A stretch of DNA of 63,936 bases, counting the filler, from Octopus bimaculoides (Eukaryota), in NCBI RefSeq assembly GCF_001194135.2. It is 8 parts of 8 records of this genome, joined end to end, with 100 filler letters (N's around TTAATTAATTAA, not from the genome) between each part and the next. Parts side by side here need not be neighbours in the genome. Positions count along the whole stretch, not along the records: positions 1 to 16,870 come from NC_068993.1; positions 16,971 to 34,827 come from NC_068997.1; 6 more parts are not named here. One strand, 5' to 3'. The translations under genes and the position numbers were made by a program. The notes beneath the pieces are model-generated. The model had not been told where the DNA came from, made no database searches, and saw only the letters and a list, made by a program, of their open reading frames with translations. Below, in pieces: positions 11,669 to 23,760 of the stretch. Each line of letters begins with the position of its first letter. The first letter of the stretch is position 1.

Positions 11669-12297
11669 CTGTATGAGAGTATAAAGAGCATATCATTCAA
11701 ATACATCCTAAATATTTTCATTGGTATTTTCATTCAATTTAATGTTTATAATGATCATCACCCTATCACTCATACCCCCATCTCCATCTCTCATCTCACT
11801 ACCTGTGATGCTCACTAATGGTCCACCAACCCACCCTTACCTCCATCCACATCACTCTGCTATCCTCCCCTGTTCCACTCCACTAGACCTGTGTATAAAA
11901 GACTGCATTGGACCAACATCATCCTTCTACCCACCCACTCATCTCTAGTTGAGTTTACTATATCATCATTTGCTTACTTCTCTTTAGTTGCCTTCCCACA
12001 TGGTCAAGACATCAGTAAGCTCTATGTGAGTCAAGGCTTTAACAATTCCATTCTTTATTAAGCCTTCAGGAATGTTCTGTCTTGATCAAGAGACCAGTAA
12101 GCTGTATCTTTGTCAAGACCCCAGTAAGCTCTTCCTCAATCACACTCTGTTTAGATTAAGCTTTTATGATGCTCTCTTCAGCCAAGACTTCAGAACACTG
12201 CCTTCAGCAAGACTATAGTAAGATCCATATCAGTCGGTTTAAAAAGTTCTAGCTCTGTCAAGACTCCATCAAGGTTTTATCTGAGCCAAGACTTCAA

Positions 12298-12517
12298 CCC
12301 TTTCGTTATTGTATTTATTTTGAGATGCTCTGTGTTTCTTTCAATTACTTTAAATATAACAAAGAATTTAGTAAAATAACTTATTTATCATTCAGCTAGA
12401 GTTAGGAACATACATTGTGCCAAAGGTTTGGTGGAAGATTTTAATTCAAAACTTATGAAAACAAGATATTTGTACTCAGAGCCAGAGCCGGTTTCAGCTG
12501 GGTTGGTAACGAAAGGG
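12298..12517. mobile_element. piggyBac-type MITE
   Basis: Terminal inverted repeats CCCTTTCGTTA...TAACGAAAGGG, flanked by TCAA (12294-12297) and TTAA (12518-12521), i.e. a TTAA-type target. Confidence 0.7.
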
Positions 12518-12719
12518 TTAATGGGATCTAGTTAACAAAAATTCTTTATTGGTCTATTTATGGCTTATCATCAACTGCCAATTAATCAGCTAAGTATTTA
12601 AACTCTGCTAACATGGAATCTTTCTTAGTTTTCACATTTTCTTAGCTGTAACCAAATTTCACACATAATATACTTTATCAAATAAAAGATAAAAAAATAT
12701 AAATAATACTTATACACAC

Positions 12720-12882
12720 CAAAATTACTGAGATCCATACAAAATTTTATATCATCTGCTTTTTTGTTGAATACATGTTGATTACAAAGTTCAATGAACA
12801 TAGCATATAAAAGAATTGGTACAATACACGCCGATATAATAAGGATCCATATTATATTGCAAATATATGTTAGAGCCATTAA
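12720..12882 (-). CDS. M6: Proteolipid M6/PLP-family gene, 163-nt exon (LMALTYICNIIWILIISACIVPILLYAMFIELCNQHVFNKKADDIKFCMDLSNF-G)
   Basis: aatatttcag acceptor (phase 0) and gtgtgt donor (phase 1). TM3 TYxxxxxW pattern and FCMDLSNFG resemble M6a LCLDLRQFG. Confidence 0.92.
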
Positions 12883-13747
12883 CTGAAATATTAAAAAATA
12901 ATTGTTAGTAATTTGACATACACAGTGAAATTCATTAATATCATTTATATAAGAAAATGAAAATTATTGTGCTGGAGGATTTTGTAATTCATAATTAGGT
13001 GAGATTATAGAAGGTTTGAGAGGAACTTCAATTCTTGTCAAGGATATGTCAACCTCTGTGGTGCTGGTACCAGATAAAATGTACTCAGTATACTCTGTAA
13101 AGACATTAATGTTAGAAAGAGCATCCAGCTACAGAAGCCAAGTCAAAAATGTAACATATGAGCAAGGCATAGTCCTCCGCTTCATCTAGGAGGGAGTAAC
13201 TCTGGATAAACATTGACTGAGGCTGTAATGACCTGTCCAACACATATCAGCATGGAAATCAGGTGTAAAATGATGATGGTATGAAAAACTTACAAAGGTT
13301 AGAGATAAAAGTGCTCAATAGAATTTCATAAAGGAGTTGTTTGTGAGGAGCTTCAATAAGCTGTGTTTAGTAAGTACTATCAAGAACAGTCAAAGATTTG
13401 TTTGTGCCCAACAAAATCAACAAACCAAGATCAAAAGGAATCAAAGTAATTGATCCCTCTTTCATTGAACCTGAGATTAATATGATTCAAATTCAGAGTT
13501 GTAAATCACATGTTTTACAACACAATCAAGGTAGAATTAAGATTCGAACAGATTTTAGAATTCTTCTTTATTTTTTTTTTTCTATCCTTGTTGCACAAAA
13601 ACTTGTTCAGTTTTGTTAACTTTAATGCAATTTGCTAACTTTTCAGCTTTGGTTTAGACTTTTTAAAGGAAGTATGATGAAGTTGAATTGAAACCAATAA
13701 TTCTAAACTCAAAGACAACAAAAATAGAATAATAGTTAAACACTTAC

Positions 13748-13907
13748 AAAAATCGCTGATGTCTGTCCCCCCATTATGCATGACATTCCACCATACACAT
13801 GACGATGTGTGGCACCAGTCACTAATATACCAAATACAAGAAGGAAAACTACATAAAGTGCCATTGTAATGGCAATAATTAAAAATATATCTTGAATAGT
13901 TTCCAAC
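13748..13907 (-). CDS. M6: Proteolipid M6/PLP-family gene, 160-nt exon (LETIQDIFLIIAITMALYVVFLLVFGILVTGATHRHVYGGMSCIMGGQTSAIF)
   Basis: tttcttttcag acceptor (phase 2) and gtaagt donor (phase 0). TM2 followed by the family motif TGAT..VY....GG. The upstream TM1 exon was not located. Confidence 0.92.
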
Positions 13908-14827
13908 CTGAAAAGAAAAATTAAAAACATTTTGTTAATATTTGGTTGAAAGATCAAATGGAAATATAATCTTATAAAGTGTTTAACATTCAAATTTTCA
14001 TTCAGATGTATTATTTTCTCCTTAAAGTTTTCAATTGCTTATAAAATATCAATAATATAATTTAAACAATTGTTCAATAAGAAACCTTAAAATATTTCAG
14101 CTTATCAATATTTTGCACTTTCCCTTTAACATTTTATTTGGCAGATGCTTGGCAGTGTGGGGGATGGATTGACATTCAAGACTCTATTGTTTCTTAAAAA
14201 ATGATAGATGCATCAGACCTGCCAAAGTACAGAATGTGTGGACGTCCCCATGCTGGACTCTCTCTTCACTGCATGGTGAGGGGAAATGGACATTTTCCAC
14301 AATTGCCCCCCCCCCCCCGGTCACTGCCAAGAAGACAAATGCTTTAAAGAGACGCACAGTATGAAAAGCAAAAGAGAAATGTAAGGAAACTAGGTACCAT
14401 CACTCACAATATGATATGCCATTGTGTGTAGTACTCTGTTTTGAACACTACCACACTAGAGTCAATTTTTGAATTCACATGATTGTAAATACAGGAAGTT
14501 GATCTGACTTGTGCTGTCAAGTAATCTTATACAGGAATATCTTGCACAGGGATATAGCTTAGGTAAACAGTACTTACACTAAAGCAGTTGAAATAAATAT
14601 ATGCCGAACATTATCTCACACTGACCTCAATTGGTATGATTACTGTTGCTGCAAGAAAGCAACTAACTGAATCACCACCATAAACTGGTTAAAGCAGTTG
14701 ATATAAATATACACTGATCCATTGTCGTGTGCTAATTGCTGAACTCAGCAGAGATGATTACCATCAATGCAACCTAGTTGCTTGATAAAAAAAAAACCCC
14801 CGTTATCATGAGGTTAAAGAACTTCAA

Positions 14828-14985
14828 GGCATGGCTGTGTGATAAGAAGCTTGTTTCCCAACCACATGGTTCCAGGTTCAGTCCCACTGTGTGGCACCTT
14901 GGGCAAATGTCTTCTACAATAGGCTAGGGCCAACCAAAGCCTTGTGAGAGGATTAGGTAGGTGAAAACTGAAAGAGGCCTATTGT
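14828..14985 (+). mobile_element. SINE family B, 5' half
   Basis: GGCTGTGTGATAAGAAGCTTG...GGCACCTTGGGCAAATGTC...GAAAACTGAAAGAGGCC. Confidence 0.8.
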
Positions 14986-16814
14986 ATGTATGTGTGTGTG
15001 TGTGTGTGTGTATGTGTGTGTATATATATATANNNNNNNNNNNNNNNNNNNNNNNNNNNNNNNNNNNNNNNNNNNNNNNNNNNNNNNNNNNNNNNNNNNN
15101 NNNNNNNNNNNNNNNNNNNNNNNNNNNNNNNNNNNNNNNNNNNNNNNNNNNNNNNNNNNNNNNNNNNNNNNNNNNNNNNNNNNNNNNNNNNNNNNNNNNN
15201 NNNNNNNNNNNNNNNNNNNNNNNNNNNNNNNNNNNNNNNNNNNNNNNNNNNNNNNNNNNNNNNNNNNNNNNNNNNNNNNNNNNNNNNNNNNNNNNNNNNN
15301 NNNNNNNNNNNNNNNNNNNNNNNNNNNNNNNNNNNNNNNNNNNNNNNNNNNNNNNNNNNNNNNNNNNNNNNNNNNNNNNNNNNNNNNNNNNNNNNNNNNN
15401 NNNNNNNNNNNNNNNNNNNNNNNNNNNNNNNNNNNNNNNNNNNNNNNNNNNNNNNNNNNNNNNNNNNNNNNNNNNNNNNNNNNNNNNNNNNNNNNNNNNN
15501 NNNNNNNNNNNNNNNNNNNNNNNNNNNNNNNNNNNNNNNNNNNNNNNNNNNNNNNNNNNNNNNNNNNNNNNNNNNNNNNNNNNNNNNNNNNNNNNNNNNN
15601 NNNNNNNNNNNNNNNNNNNNNNNNNNNNNNNNNNNNNNNNNNNNNNNNNNNNNNNNNNNNNNNNNNNNNNNNNNNNNNNNNNNNNNNNNNNNNNNNNNNN
15701 NNNNNNNNNNNNNNNNNNNNNNNNNNNNNNNNNNNNNNNNNNNNNNNNNNNNNNNNNNNNNNNNNNNNNNNNNNNNNNNNNNNNNNNNNNNNNNNNNNNN
15801 NNNNNNNNNNNNNNNNNNNNNNNNNNNNNNNNNNNNNNNNNNNNNNNNNNNNNNNNNNNNNNNNNNNNNNNNNNNNNNNNNNNNNNNNNNNNNNNNNNNN
15901 NNNNNNNNNNNNNNNNNNNNNNNNNNNNNNNNNNNNNNNNNNNNNNNNNNNNNNNNNNNNNNNNNNNNNNNNNNNNNNNNNNNNNNNNNNNGTACTCTTC
16001 CACCACAACTGTCTCTCACTCTTACTTCCTGTTTCTGTTGTGCCTGTAATTCAAAGGGTCAGCCTTGTCACACTATGTAACGCGGAATATCCCCCGAGAA
16101 CTACGTTAAGGGTACACGTGTCTGTGGAGTGCTCAGCCACTTGCACGTTAATTTCACGAGCAGGCTGTTCCGTTGATCGACGTCGTAAGCGACGGAGTGC
16201 CAACACATTTATAATGGTATAAAACAAATACTTGATACAAATTGTGATTTCTTTATGATCTGTATCAAAGAATGAAACATGTTCTTAACACGTATGCAGT
16301 CTGTATCAAACGGATTTCAAAGAGATTTTTTTCAGTTGTTATTTAAGTCAAAATAATAGTACCTGTGAATTTTCAGGCAATTTCGTTCACTAGAAAAATT
16401 TCAGCATGAATGGATTAAACTTCGTAGAAAAATGGTTAATTCTTAGCTACTCATTTTCCAACTGCAACTCATCATTTGTTACAAAGGTAGCGAACTGGCA
16501 GAAATATTAGCACGCCGGGTGAAATGCTTAGTGGTATTTTGCCAAGGGTCAAATGAACCCTGATTGAGAACCACTGGTCTAGATAGTGATGCTATTTAGC
16601 TCCAGGTCAACCATTACTGAGCAGATATATGATCAAAGGCGTTCTGGTCATGACCATCCCACTTTTCCTTTTTCAATATCTAAGAGTATGGAGGTGCGTG
16701 GCCAAGTGATTAGGATGCCACACTCACAATCGTAAGATCGACGTTTCAATTCTCGGACTCCAGAGCAGGACATTGAAGCATAAAATCAAAACAAAAATCA
16801 TCAATAGAATTCTT

Positions 16815-16870
<56 letters not shown>

Positions 16871-16970
16871 NNNNNNNNNNNNNNNNNNNNNNNNNNNNNN
16901 NNNNNNNNNNNNNNTTAATTAATTAANNNNNNNNNNNNNNNNNNNNNNNNNNNNNNNNNNNNNNNNNNNN

Positions 16971-17152
16971 TCATTGGCTTTATCTAGTGTTATATTGCTA
17001 CTTTTAACTAATTTTCCTCTTTTCAGGGTTGCTTTGGCACATTTTTCTAATCCGAATTTCATCTCTATTTCCTTGGTAAAGCCGTGTACTGTCTGTAGTA
17101 GTGTTTCTAGCTCTTTGTCGTTTTTTGCATATAATTTTAGGTCATCCATATA
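16971..17152 (-). mobile_element. Non-LTR reverse transcriptase fragment (R4/Dong-like)
   Basis: YMDDLKLYAKNDKELETLLQTVHGFTKEIEMKFGLEKCAKATLKRGK: YxDD catalytic motif plus the FGLEKC motif. Related to 46510-47935. Confidence 0.8.
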
Positions 17153-17160
17153 TAGAAGGT

Positions 17161-17164
17161 ATTA

Positions 17165-17236
<72 letters not shown>
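17161..17236. repeat. (ATT)n microsatellite
   Basis: Direct inspection; source of the poly-Tyr ORF. Confidence 0.95.
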
Positions 17237-17237
<1 letters not shown>

Positions 17238-17444
17238 GGCGGGGAGCTGGCAGAATCCTTAGCACGACGGCCGAAATGCTTAGTGGTGTTTCAACCGTCG
17301 TTACGTTCTAACTTACGATACTGTGTCACCAGCTGTTGAAAATAGTCATCTTGTAAACTATTAAAAACAGAGAAGCAGGTGACTGTAACTAGCGACTGTT
17401 AAACTTACAAAATTCCTGATAAAAAGTTGCTCCTGCAGAAATAT

Positions 17445-17641
17445 CTTACTAACAAAACAATATTGATCTCCCTGTCGTCTGCCTGTCACACAGAGTTTTA
17501 TTTTCATTTCTTCTCTTTAACATGTCTGTATTCCTTCGTCTTTAAAATTTACAAATATTTCATGATTTAATTGTCACACCGACCTTGATTTCATTGTTTC
17601 TCATTTTGTGATTTCAGATATCTGCACACACTGGTTCAACA
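17445..17641 (+). other. Conserved 5'-UTR intron end, splice acceptor and 24-nt leader of multicopper oxidase A
   Basis: tttgtgatttcag|ATATCTGCAC at 17617/17618, 24 nt before the ATG. About 180 nt of intron are homologous in reverse complement to 32046-32225. Implies an unlocated upstream non-coding exon. Confidence 0.75.
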
Positions 17642-19658
17642 ATGATTCACTTCAACGTAATTGTATTCCTCCTGGGTCTCTTCTCACCATTAGTTTATTC
17701 TCATGGCTGTCGTATGGAGGACGACGTGTGTGAGTTTAAGCTGGTAATTTCCTATAAATTAACTATGCTATACCAGAAGATCTTGGTACAACCCTATAAT
17801 GGAAAACTCTACAGATATGACGTCACTAATTTTACGGGTGCTGAACCGATACCAACTGATAAAGTCATTACGATGGATGGTTTTTCTGAGGCAGTGAAGG
17901 TGATTACAATTAATGGCACAGTTCCAGGGCCAACAATAGAAGTTTATAAAGGACAAAGAGTCATTATTGATGTAGAAAACCATTTATTTTCAGAAGGTAC
18001 GACAATACATTGGCACGGCTTGCATCAAAGAGGAACATCACATATGGATGGTGTACCTTGGGTAACACAATGCCCTATTCTACCAGGTCAAACATTCAGA
18101 TATGAATTTAATGTTACACAAATTGGAACTTATTGGTACCATTCTCATCTTGGAACACAACGTACCATGGGACACTTTGGTGCTTTAATACTACACGAAA
18201 AGACAAAACCTAAAATGAAAGAACATGTAATGGTAATCTCAGACTACAATCATAACTGGGATTCCGATATGAGTTTTATAAAAGTTGGCATGGGACTTTA
18301 TGTGAATAAGAAAAAAGTTGGTATTACCAAATCTATTGAAGGAGGAGCTTTTAGTCTCTTTCAGTTCAATTCCGGTCTTGTGAATGGTCGAGGCCGCTAT
18401 TACGATGAATCAGGGAATCACAATGGGGCCCCGCTGACTGTCTTTGAAGTAAAATCAGGTGAACATTATCGTTTCAGAGTGATCGCTGCAGGGGCTCTGT
18501 ACCCGTTTGAAGTATCTGTTGATGGTCACCAGATGGTAGTCGTTGCCTCTGATGGTTATGAACTGGAACCAACACCTGTTGATTTCTTTACCATCAACCC
18601 GGGTGAGAGAATAGACTTCACAATACATGCAAATAACTCTGTCGGAAATTACTGGATCCGCGGAAAGACACTGCAAATGGACAAAAATAATACATTTGAA
18701 GCAATTCTTCGATATGAGGGTGCTTCGGAGGAAGAACCTAGCTCCACTGCTTCTGACTGCGTTCAACAAAAGAACTGCACTTTATTCAACTGTCCTTTTC
18801 TTTATGATCCCTATAAAAGTGATAAACCATGTTTAAACTTTGGTGACTTGGAGTCTAATTATCCAGGTGTTGTACCGCCTTACCGGTCTGAGAAGTTTAA
18901 GGAATATTTTTTAAATTTTGCTTTTCCTGGTGAACGTGGGAACACACCTGCATCAATAAATGGTCGGGTGTTCGTGGAACCCACGGTAAACCCTTTAACG
19001 CAACCGAATGAAATAGACACTTTATGTGATAATGCCAATTGCGGTGTAGGTAAAGTTTGTCGTTGTACCCATTCCTTAAATCTCAAGCATGATTATACTA
19101 TTCAGTTTGTATTGACAAACTTGGGAAGCGGTAACGGATTCTCCCACCCTGTACACATACATGGACATACATTTTATGTAGTTAAAATGGGATTCCCGAA
19201 ATACAATGAAACAACGGGAGGAATAATAAGTGATACTACAGATATTGATTGTAGAGGTGATCCGAAAAAGAATTTTTGTAACGATGCAACTTGGTCAAAC
19301 AGCAAATGGGTGGGAGACAACATCTCCGGAATAAAGTTAGAAAAGGCTCCTCGAAAGGATACAATTATGGTCCCAACAGGTGGATACGCTGTAGTGAGAA
19401 TTGTTGCGGACAATCCTGGATCATGGTTCGTTCACTGCCACATTGAATTACACAGCAAGGAGGGAATGGCTCTTATTCTTAACGAATCTTTCGCTCAGTT
19501 GCCAGAAATGCCGGACAATTTGCCCGAGTGTCATAGCTTCAAGAAAAGCGTTTATAACATAAAGAAACATCCTGGAAAGGATGACGATAAGGACAAAAAT
19601 GGTGGAGATAAAGACAAGAACCAAGATGATAAGGATGATAAAGGTGATAAAAATGGCG
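17642..19658 (+). CDS. Laccase-like multicopper oxidase A, main coding exon (signal peptide + three cupredoxin domains + charged stalk)
   Basis: Uninterrupted ORF with N-terminal hydrophobic signal peptide and all four copper motifs: HWHG, WYHSH, HPVHIHGH, HCHIELHSKEGM (Met axial ligand). Phase-1 donor G|gtaagg at 19658/19659. The unspliced ORF runs on to a stop at 19690. Confidence 0.97.
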
Positions 19659-20127
19659 GTAAGGGATGTTTTATTTTTATTGTTCTTTAATCTTTTTCCT
19701 CGAGTTTCGTCTCTTATTTTATAAATATTCATCATAGAGTTTTTGATGTTTTATCTAGAAGGCAAGGCAGATAGGGTACTATCAGATAGTTGGTGGAATA
19801 AAAGCAGTACTGTTCCTGGGAACGAAGTAGATTGTGGTTTCGTGATTTTAGAGAGCGTGAGAAATGCCTGGAGAGAGAGGATGGATGGACGGAGTGAGAG
19901 ATTGAAACGTTTGGCGATTATCTGTTTGTTCAACGTCGTCGATCTGTTGTTGAAGACCGTAGTTGCTGCTGTAGTCGTTGTCGCTGTTGTACTTCATAAC
20001 CATGTCAACCATTGAGCTGAGATTCCAGAAATATATTTCAGGTTTTGTCATCCCTTTTTAAAAACTTTCTACACCACCCAACACTACAATATCAAATGCA
20101 TCCTTTTCTAAATCGTTAGGGTTCGAT

Positions 20128-20185
<58 letters not shown>

Positions 20186-21409
20186 TACAAATATATATGT
20201 CTGCTCTTTATAGAGGGCAAGTAACAGAAGACAGTCTTCTCTTGTTGGTTGGTCAGAGAACGAAGTTCATGTGGGTAATAAATACAGTCTAATTTGATCA
20301 GACTGAATTGTATCCTATTATCCTTAAAAGCCAATTGCACCAGAGAACAAAAGGACGTTGAATATCAATAGATTAGGATACCTTCATGTTTGATAAATCC
20401 TCGACTACCAATGACATCAGCTGAGGCAATAAGTCAGTTTTGTTTTCTGCTATCAACTGCAAATGAAGATGAGGTTCTCCAGGAATTTTAAAGATGATTA
20501 CTTGTTCCAGGCATTTCTTTAGATTTGCCATCAGGTCACGTACACACATACAATAAAGGAAACAACGTAAGTTCATTTCGTAAATTAGGATGAATACCCG
20601 TTCGTAAAGAGTTGCAGTTCTTTACACTTGACCAATTTATAAAATGTTAGTGTGGAGAGAAGAGAATCCCGATGTTCGAGCAATGTTTTTCATCGTGGCA
20701 GTGCTGGTGGTGGTTGAACATCATTGTTGCTAAAACTGTATTTCGTATTACTATGTTATTATTCAAACTGTATACGTATAGCTATTGTGGATTTCCTAGT
20801 AGATTACGTGAATGAAAAATGAAGATCAATGACAAACTAGTGTCTTACCAGTTGTTCTGTTTGGATTAAGTGAATTAAGTTTGTTGCTGGAGGATTCTCA
20901 GTGTAATGTGTTGTAGTCATTTGGCAAACAAGGAATTTATTCGTTGTAGGAACGCAAATCATTATTGACTGATGTATATCGCAGATGTACGGCTGTGCTT
21001 CATGAGTGACATCCTTTACTTGGAAAGCATAACTACTACAAACATTTCAAATAATAAACGAATACACTCTTACTAGTGATCATTTGTATGGAAGTCATCA
21101 CAATTATGGAGTGATACATTGAGAACAAACACGTATTGAAATTAAAATGATACGAGTGGCTGCGTGTGCATGAATTATTTCTTGTCTGGTGATGTGGAAA
21201 CTGAAGAAGCAAATGTATTTTTTACAGCAATAGGTTTATAAATAGAGTGCTAAATACTTAGAGAGTCTGAGTAGCATCTTTGGCTATTAGATCTTCCTTA
21301 ATAAAGATACTTAATTATTTAATGATATTGTTACCTAAGTAAGAGAGAAATGACTTCTTGGAATGCAACCGCCATTGAAGTTTTATATATTTTTATCTTC
21401 TGGTCACAC

Positions 21410-21660
21410 ATGTGGAGGTGCGTAGCTTAGTGGTTAAAGTGTTGACCTCATGATCGTAAGATTGTGGTACCGATTCCTGGACCGGGTCACGCGTTGTTTT
21501 CTTGAGTGAAACACTTCGTTTAACTTTGCTCCAGTCCACACTCAGCTGGCAAAACTGAGTAATCTTGCGACGGACCGGTGTCCCGCCAAACAGGGAATAT
21601 ATACCCCACAAAAACCGCAAAATCGGCCCTATGAGTTTATAAGACCTGAGAAGAAAATTT
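21410..21660 (+). mobile_element. tRNA-headed SINE (family D)
   Basis: GGAGGTGCGTAGCTTAGTGGTTAAAGTGTT...CGATTCCTGGACCGG head; related head at 16690-16770. Confidence 0.6.
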
Positions 21661-22138
21661 ACTACTATCTTTTACTACATATATCTAAAGTAGGGATGGG
21701 CAAACTATTTCAGATGTGGACTAGGTTGGGAATGTTTCGTTTCCTGGGTCAATACAAATACAATGAAATGAAAATTAGACCATAGAGGGGTTTGGAAGTT
21801 CTAGCCATGACTGTATATGTTTATATTCAGATACAGTATATCAAGCACATCATTTAATGTATCCATTTTTTAACGTAGCACAGGGTAATTCGAAGGAGAG
21901 TTGGTTGCTATTTCAGAGAATATATGTTTGTTCTTATTCCTAACACGTGAAGTTCGTAGGCTATTTCTGAGGTATTTAATGCGCAGTTCGAATTCGTTCC
22001 TCGTAAGAAAATGCATTATTGAAATAATTAAATAAATTTATGAAATTTCTCCTCTGACGGGGTCAGCTAGTATTTTAATAATTTGCTATTTGTACATCTA
22101 CCCAATCAACTCAATATTGTTTTTCTTTATCTTTACAG

Positions 22139-22254
22139 CTGGAAACGACCCAACAGTAAAAGTGGCACTTGGAGTTCTAATCGCTGTCGTTTGTATCCTG
22201 GCCATTCTTGTTGTTGTTCTTGTGTTCATTGTTGTAAGAAAGCAAAAGAATTAA
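22139..22254 (+). CDS. Multicopper oxidase A, terminal transmembrane exon (A-GNDPTVKVALGVLIAVVCILAILVVVLVFIVVRKQKN*)
   Basis: Acceptor tttttctttatctttacag|CT at 22138/22139 is phase-compatible with the 19658 donor (G+CT=Ala). About 25 hydrophobic residues, then RKQKN and TAA. The paralogous exon at 28293-28175 is nearly identical. Spliced product is 710 aa. Confidence 0.9.
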
Positions 22255-22518
22255 CTTTGAAAATCATTTGAAATCAATACAATCATAGATAGCAGTGGGG
22301 GTTAGTGAGGTGGGGGAATCTAAGATGTGTTAAAGTAATTTTGTTGGGCATGTAAGTACGTAGTGTAAGGTTCGAGTGGGGTTTGGTAACTGATGTGTGT
22401 CGTGGGTGAAGCTGGTGGTATATAGTACAGATAGTGTATTAGTGATAGTATAATATGGTGTAATACAACGCCATTACGACGGCATTACTAATTTTACATT
22501 ATTACTACACCATTATTA

Positions 22519-22558
<40 letters not shown>

Positions 22559-23544
22559 TGGTGTAGTAATAATGGTATTTATCCATGATTAGTGAAGGCT
22601 GTCTTCATTGTTGTTATTATTGTTTAACTATAGGTTTGAATCTATTGAATAGCAACGACCATCCCATCCCGTCTGATATGTAAATAATTTTTCTAGGATT
22701 ACGTAATCTATCATGTCCAGTTTTTGCTTTGGAACGGAGGTAGATTTTTTACTTCTAATTTTACCAACTCCAGTTGACGCGTAAATATCCACTCGTTGAG
22801 ATCATCCTATATTCATTGAAGTAAATTGTGAGTTTCTTTATGTTAATTAATGCTTTACTCTAACAATTATAAACGCTGTTTTGTCCAGAACACAGGTATT
22901 TAATAGTTGTAGACACCAGAAGTGAAGAGTATATACTAAAAGAGTTAACGAGAGATACTGATAGGGTAGAAGTATGATTCGAACCACTATCCTCAAGCTT
23001 ATAACTAATAGAATGTTTTAATAAAAGCGCGTTTGTATAAGGTGTATGTGTGTGTGTGTGTGGGGGGGGGTGTTTATTTCACAAAACAGTTGAAATAAAT
23101 TTCTAGTATTAACTTCTTTACTAATATATTCAAATACACCTTTTATTATAACAAATATATGTAATGTCACTAATAATCTCATATCCAAAAAATTGTTGAA
23201 GGCTGTTTATATTATTGATTGCTATTAAAAGTCTTCAGTATTCAGCCTTATCTGGATTTAAAAATACAGTGATAATCTTTTGGCTTAAATCTGTCGCCCG
23301 TTCCAATATGTAAGTTCGTACATCAGATATTCGGTTCAGCCTAAATTTAAATTACTCACGTGACATAACTCTCCATTTTTCCAGTTTTAGTTGTCTCCCT
23401 TGTTACTTTGAACTGTTGGTTTCTGTTCATAGTTGGTTTCTAGTTTTATGGCTTCACTTGATGGTTTCGGACACTTATTTCGCTGCGAGGGTGAAGTCCA
23501 CATCAGTCATGTAATATTATCTAAAATCTTCCAAAGGTGATGAG

Positions 23545-23760
23545 CTAGCAGAATCGTTAGTATGCCGGACAAAATGCTAAGCGGCATTTTGTCCGTCTTA
23601 ATGTTCTGAATTCAAATTCCTCCGAGAGAGAGTTTGCCTTGCCATTCATCCTTTCGGAGTCGATAAAATAAGTACCGGTTGAGTACTGGGATAAATGTAA
23701 TACATTTAGCTCCACCCCCCCTAAAATTGCAGGCGTTGTGCCAATATTTGAAACCATTAT
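23545..23760 (+). mobile_element. tRNA-derived SINE family A
   Basis: GAGCTAGCAGAATCGTTAG...TTCTGAATTCAAATTCC...GATAAAATAAGTACCGGTTGAGTACTGGG. Confidence 0.85.

Noticed and set aside
14924-16222. Long ORFs of 200-410 aa spanning N-gaps (also 27376-28008, 42004-42807, 43960-44812, 53075-53956 etc.)
   Set aside because: Made of X residues plus microsatellite translation (YIYI, THTH, VCVC); artefacts.
14400-16490. Candidate M6 TM1 exons ending at gtgagt (~14410) or gtacta (~16360)
   Set aside because: The phase-2 frames either hit stops or give peptides with no hydrophobic helix or family motif.
22083-22271. Cys-rich ORFs WKRPNSKSGTWSSNRCRLYPGHSCCCSCVHCC (and 28158-28355), superficially toxin- or metallothionein-like and conserved in both copies
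   Set aside because: They are the alternative frame of the Val-rich TM exons (GTT/GTG codons read as TGT). The donor phase selects the hydrophobic frame, and the upstream Met lies in the intron.
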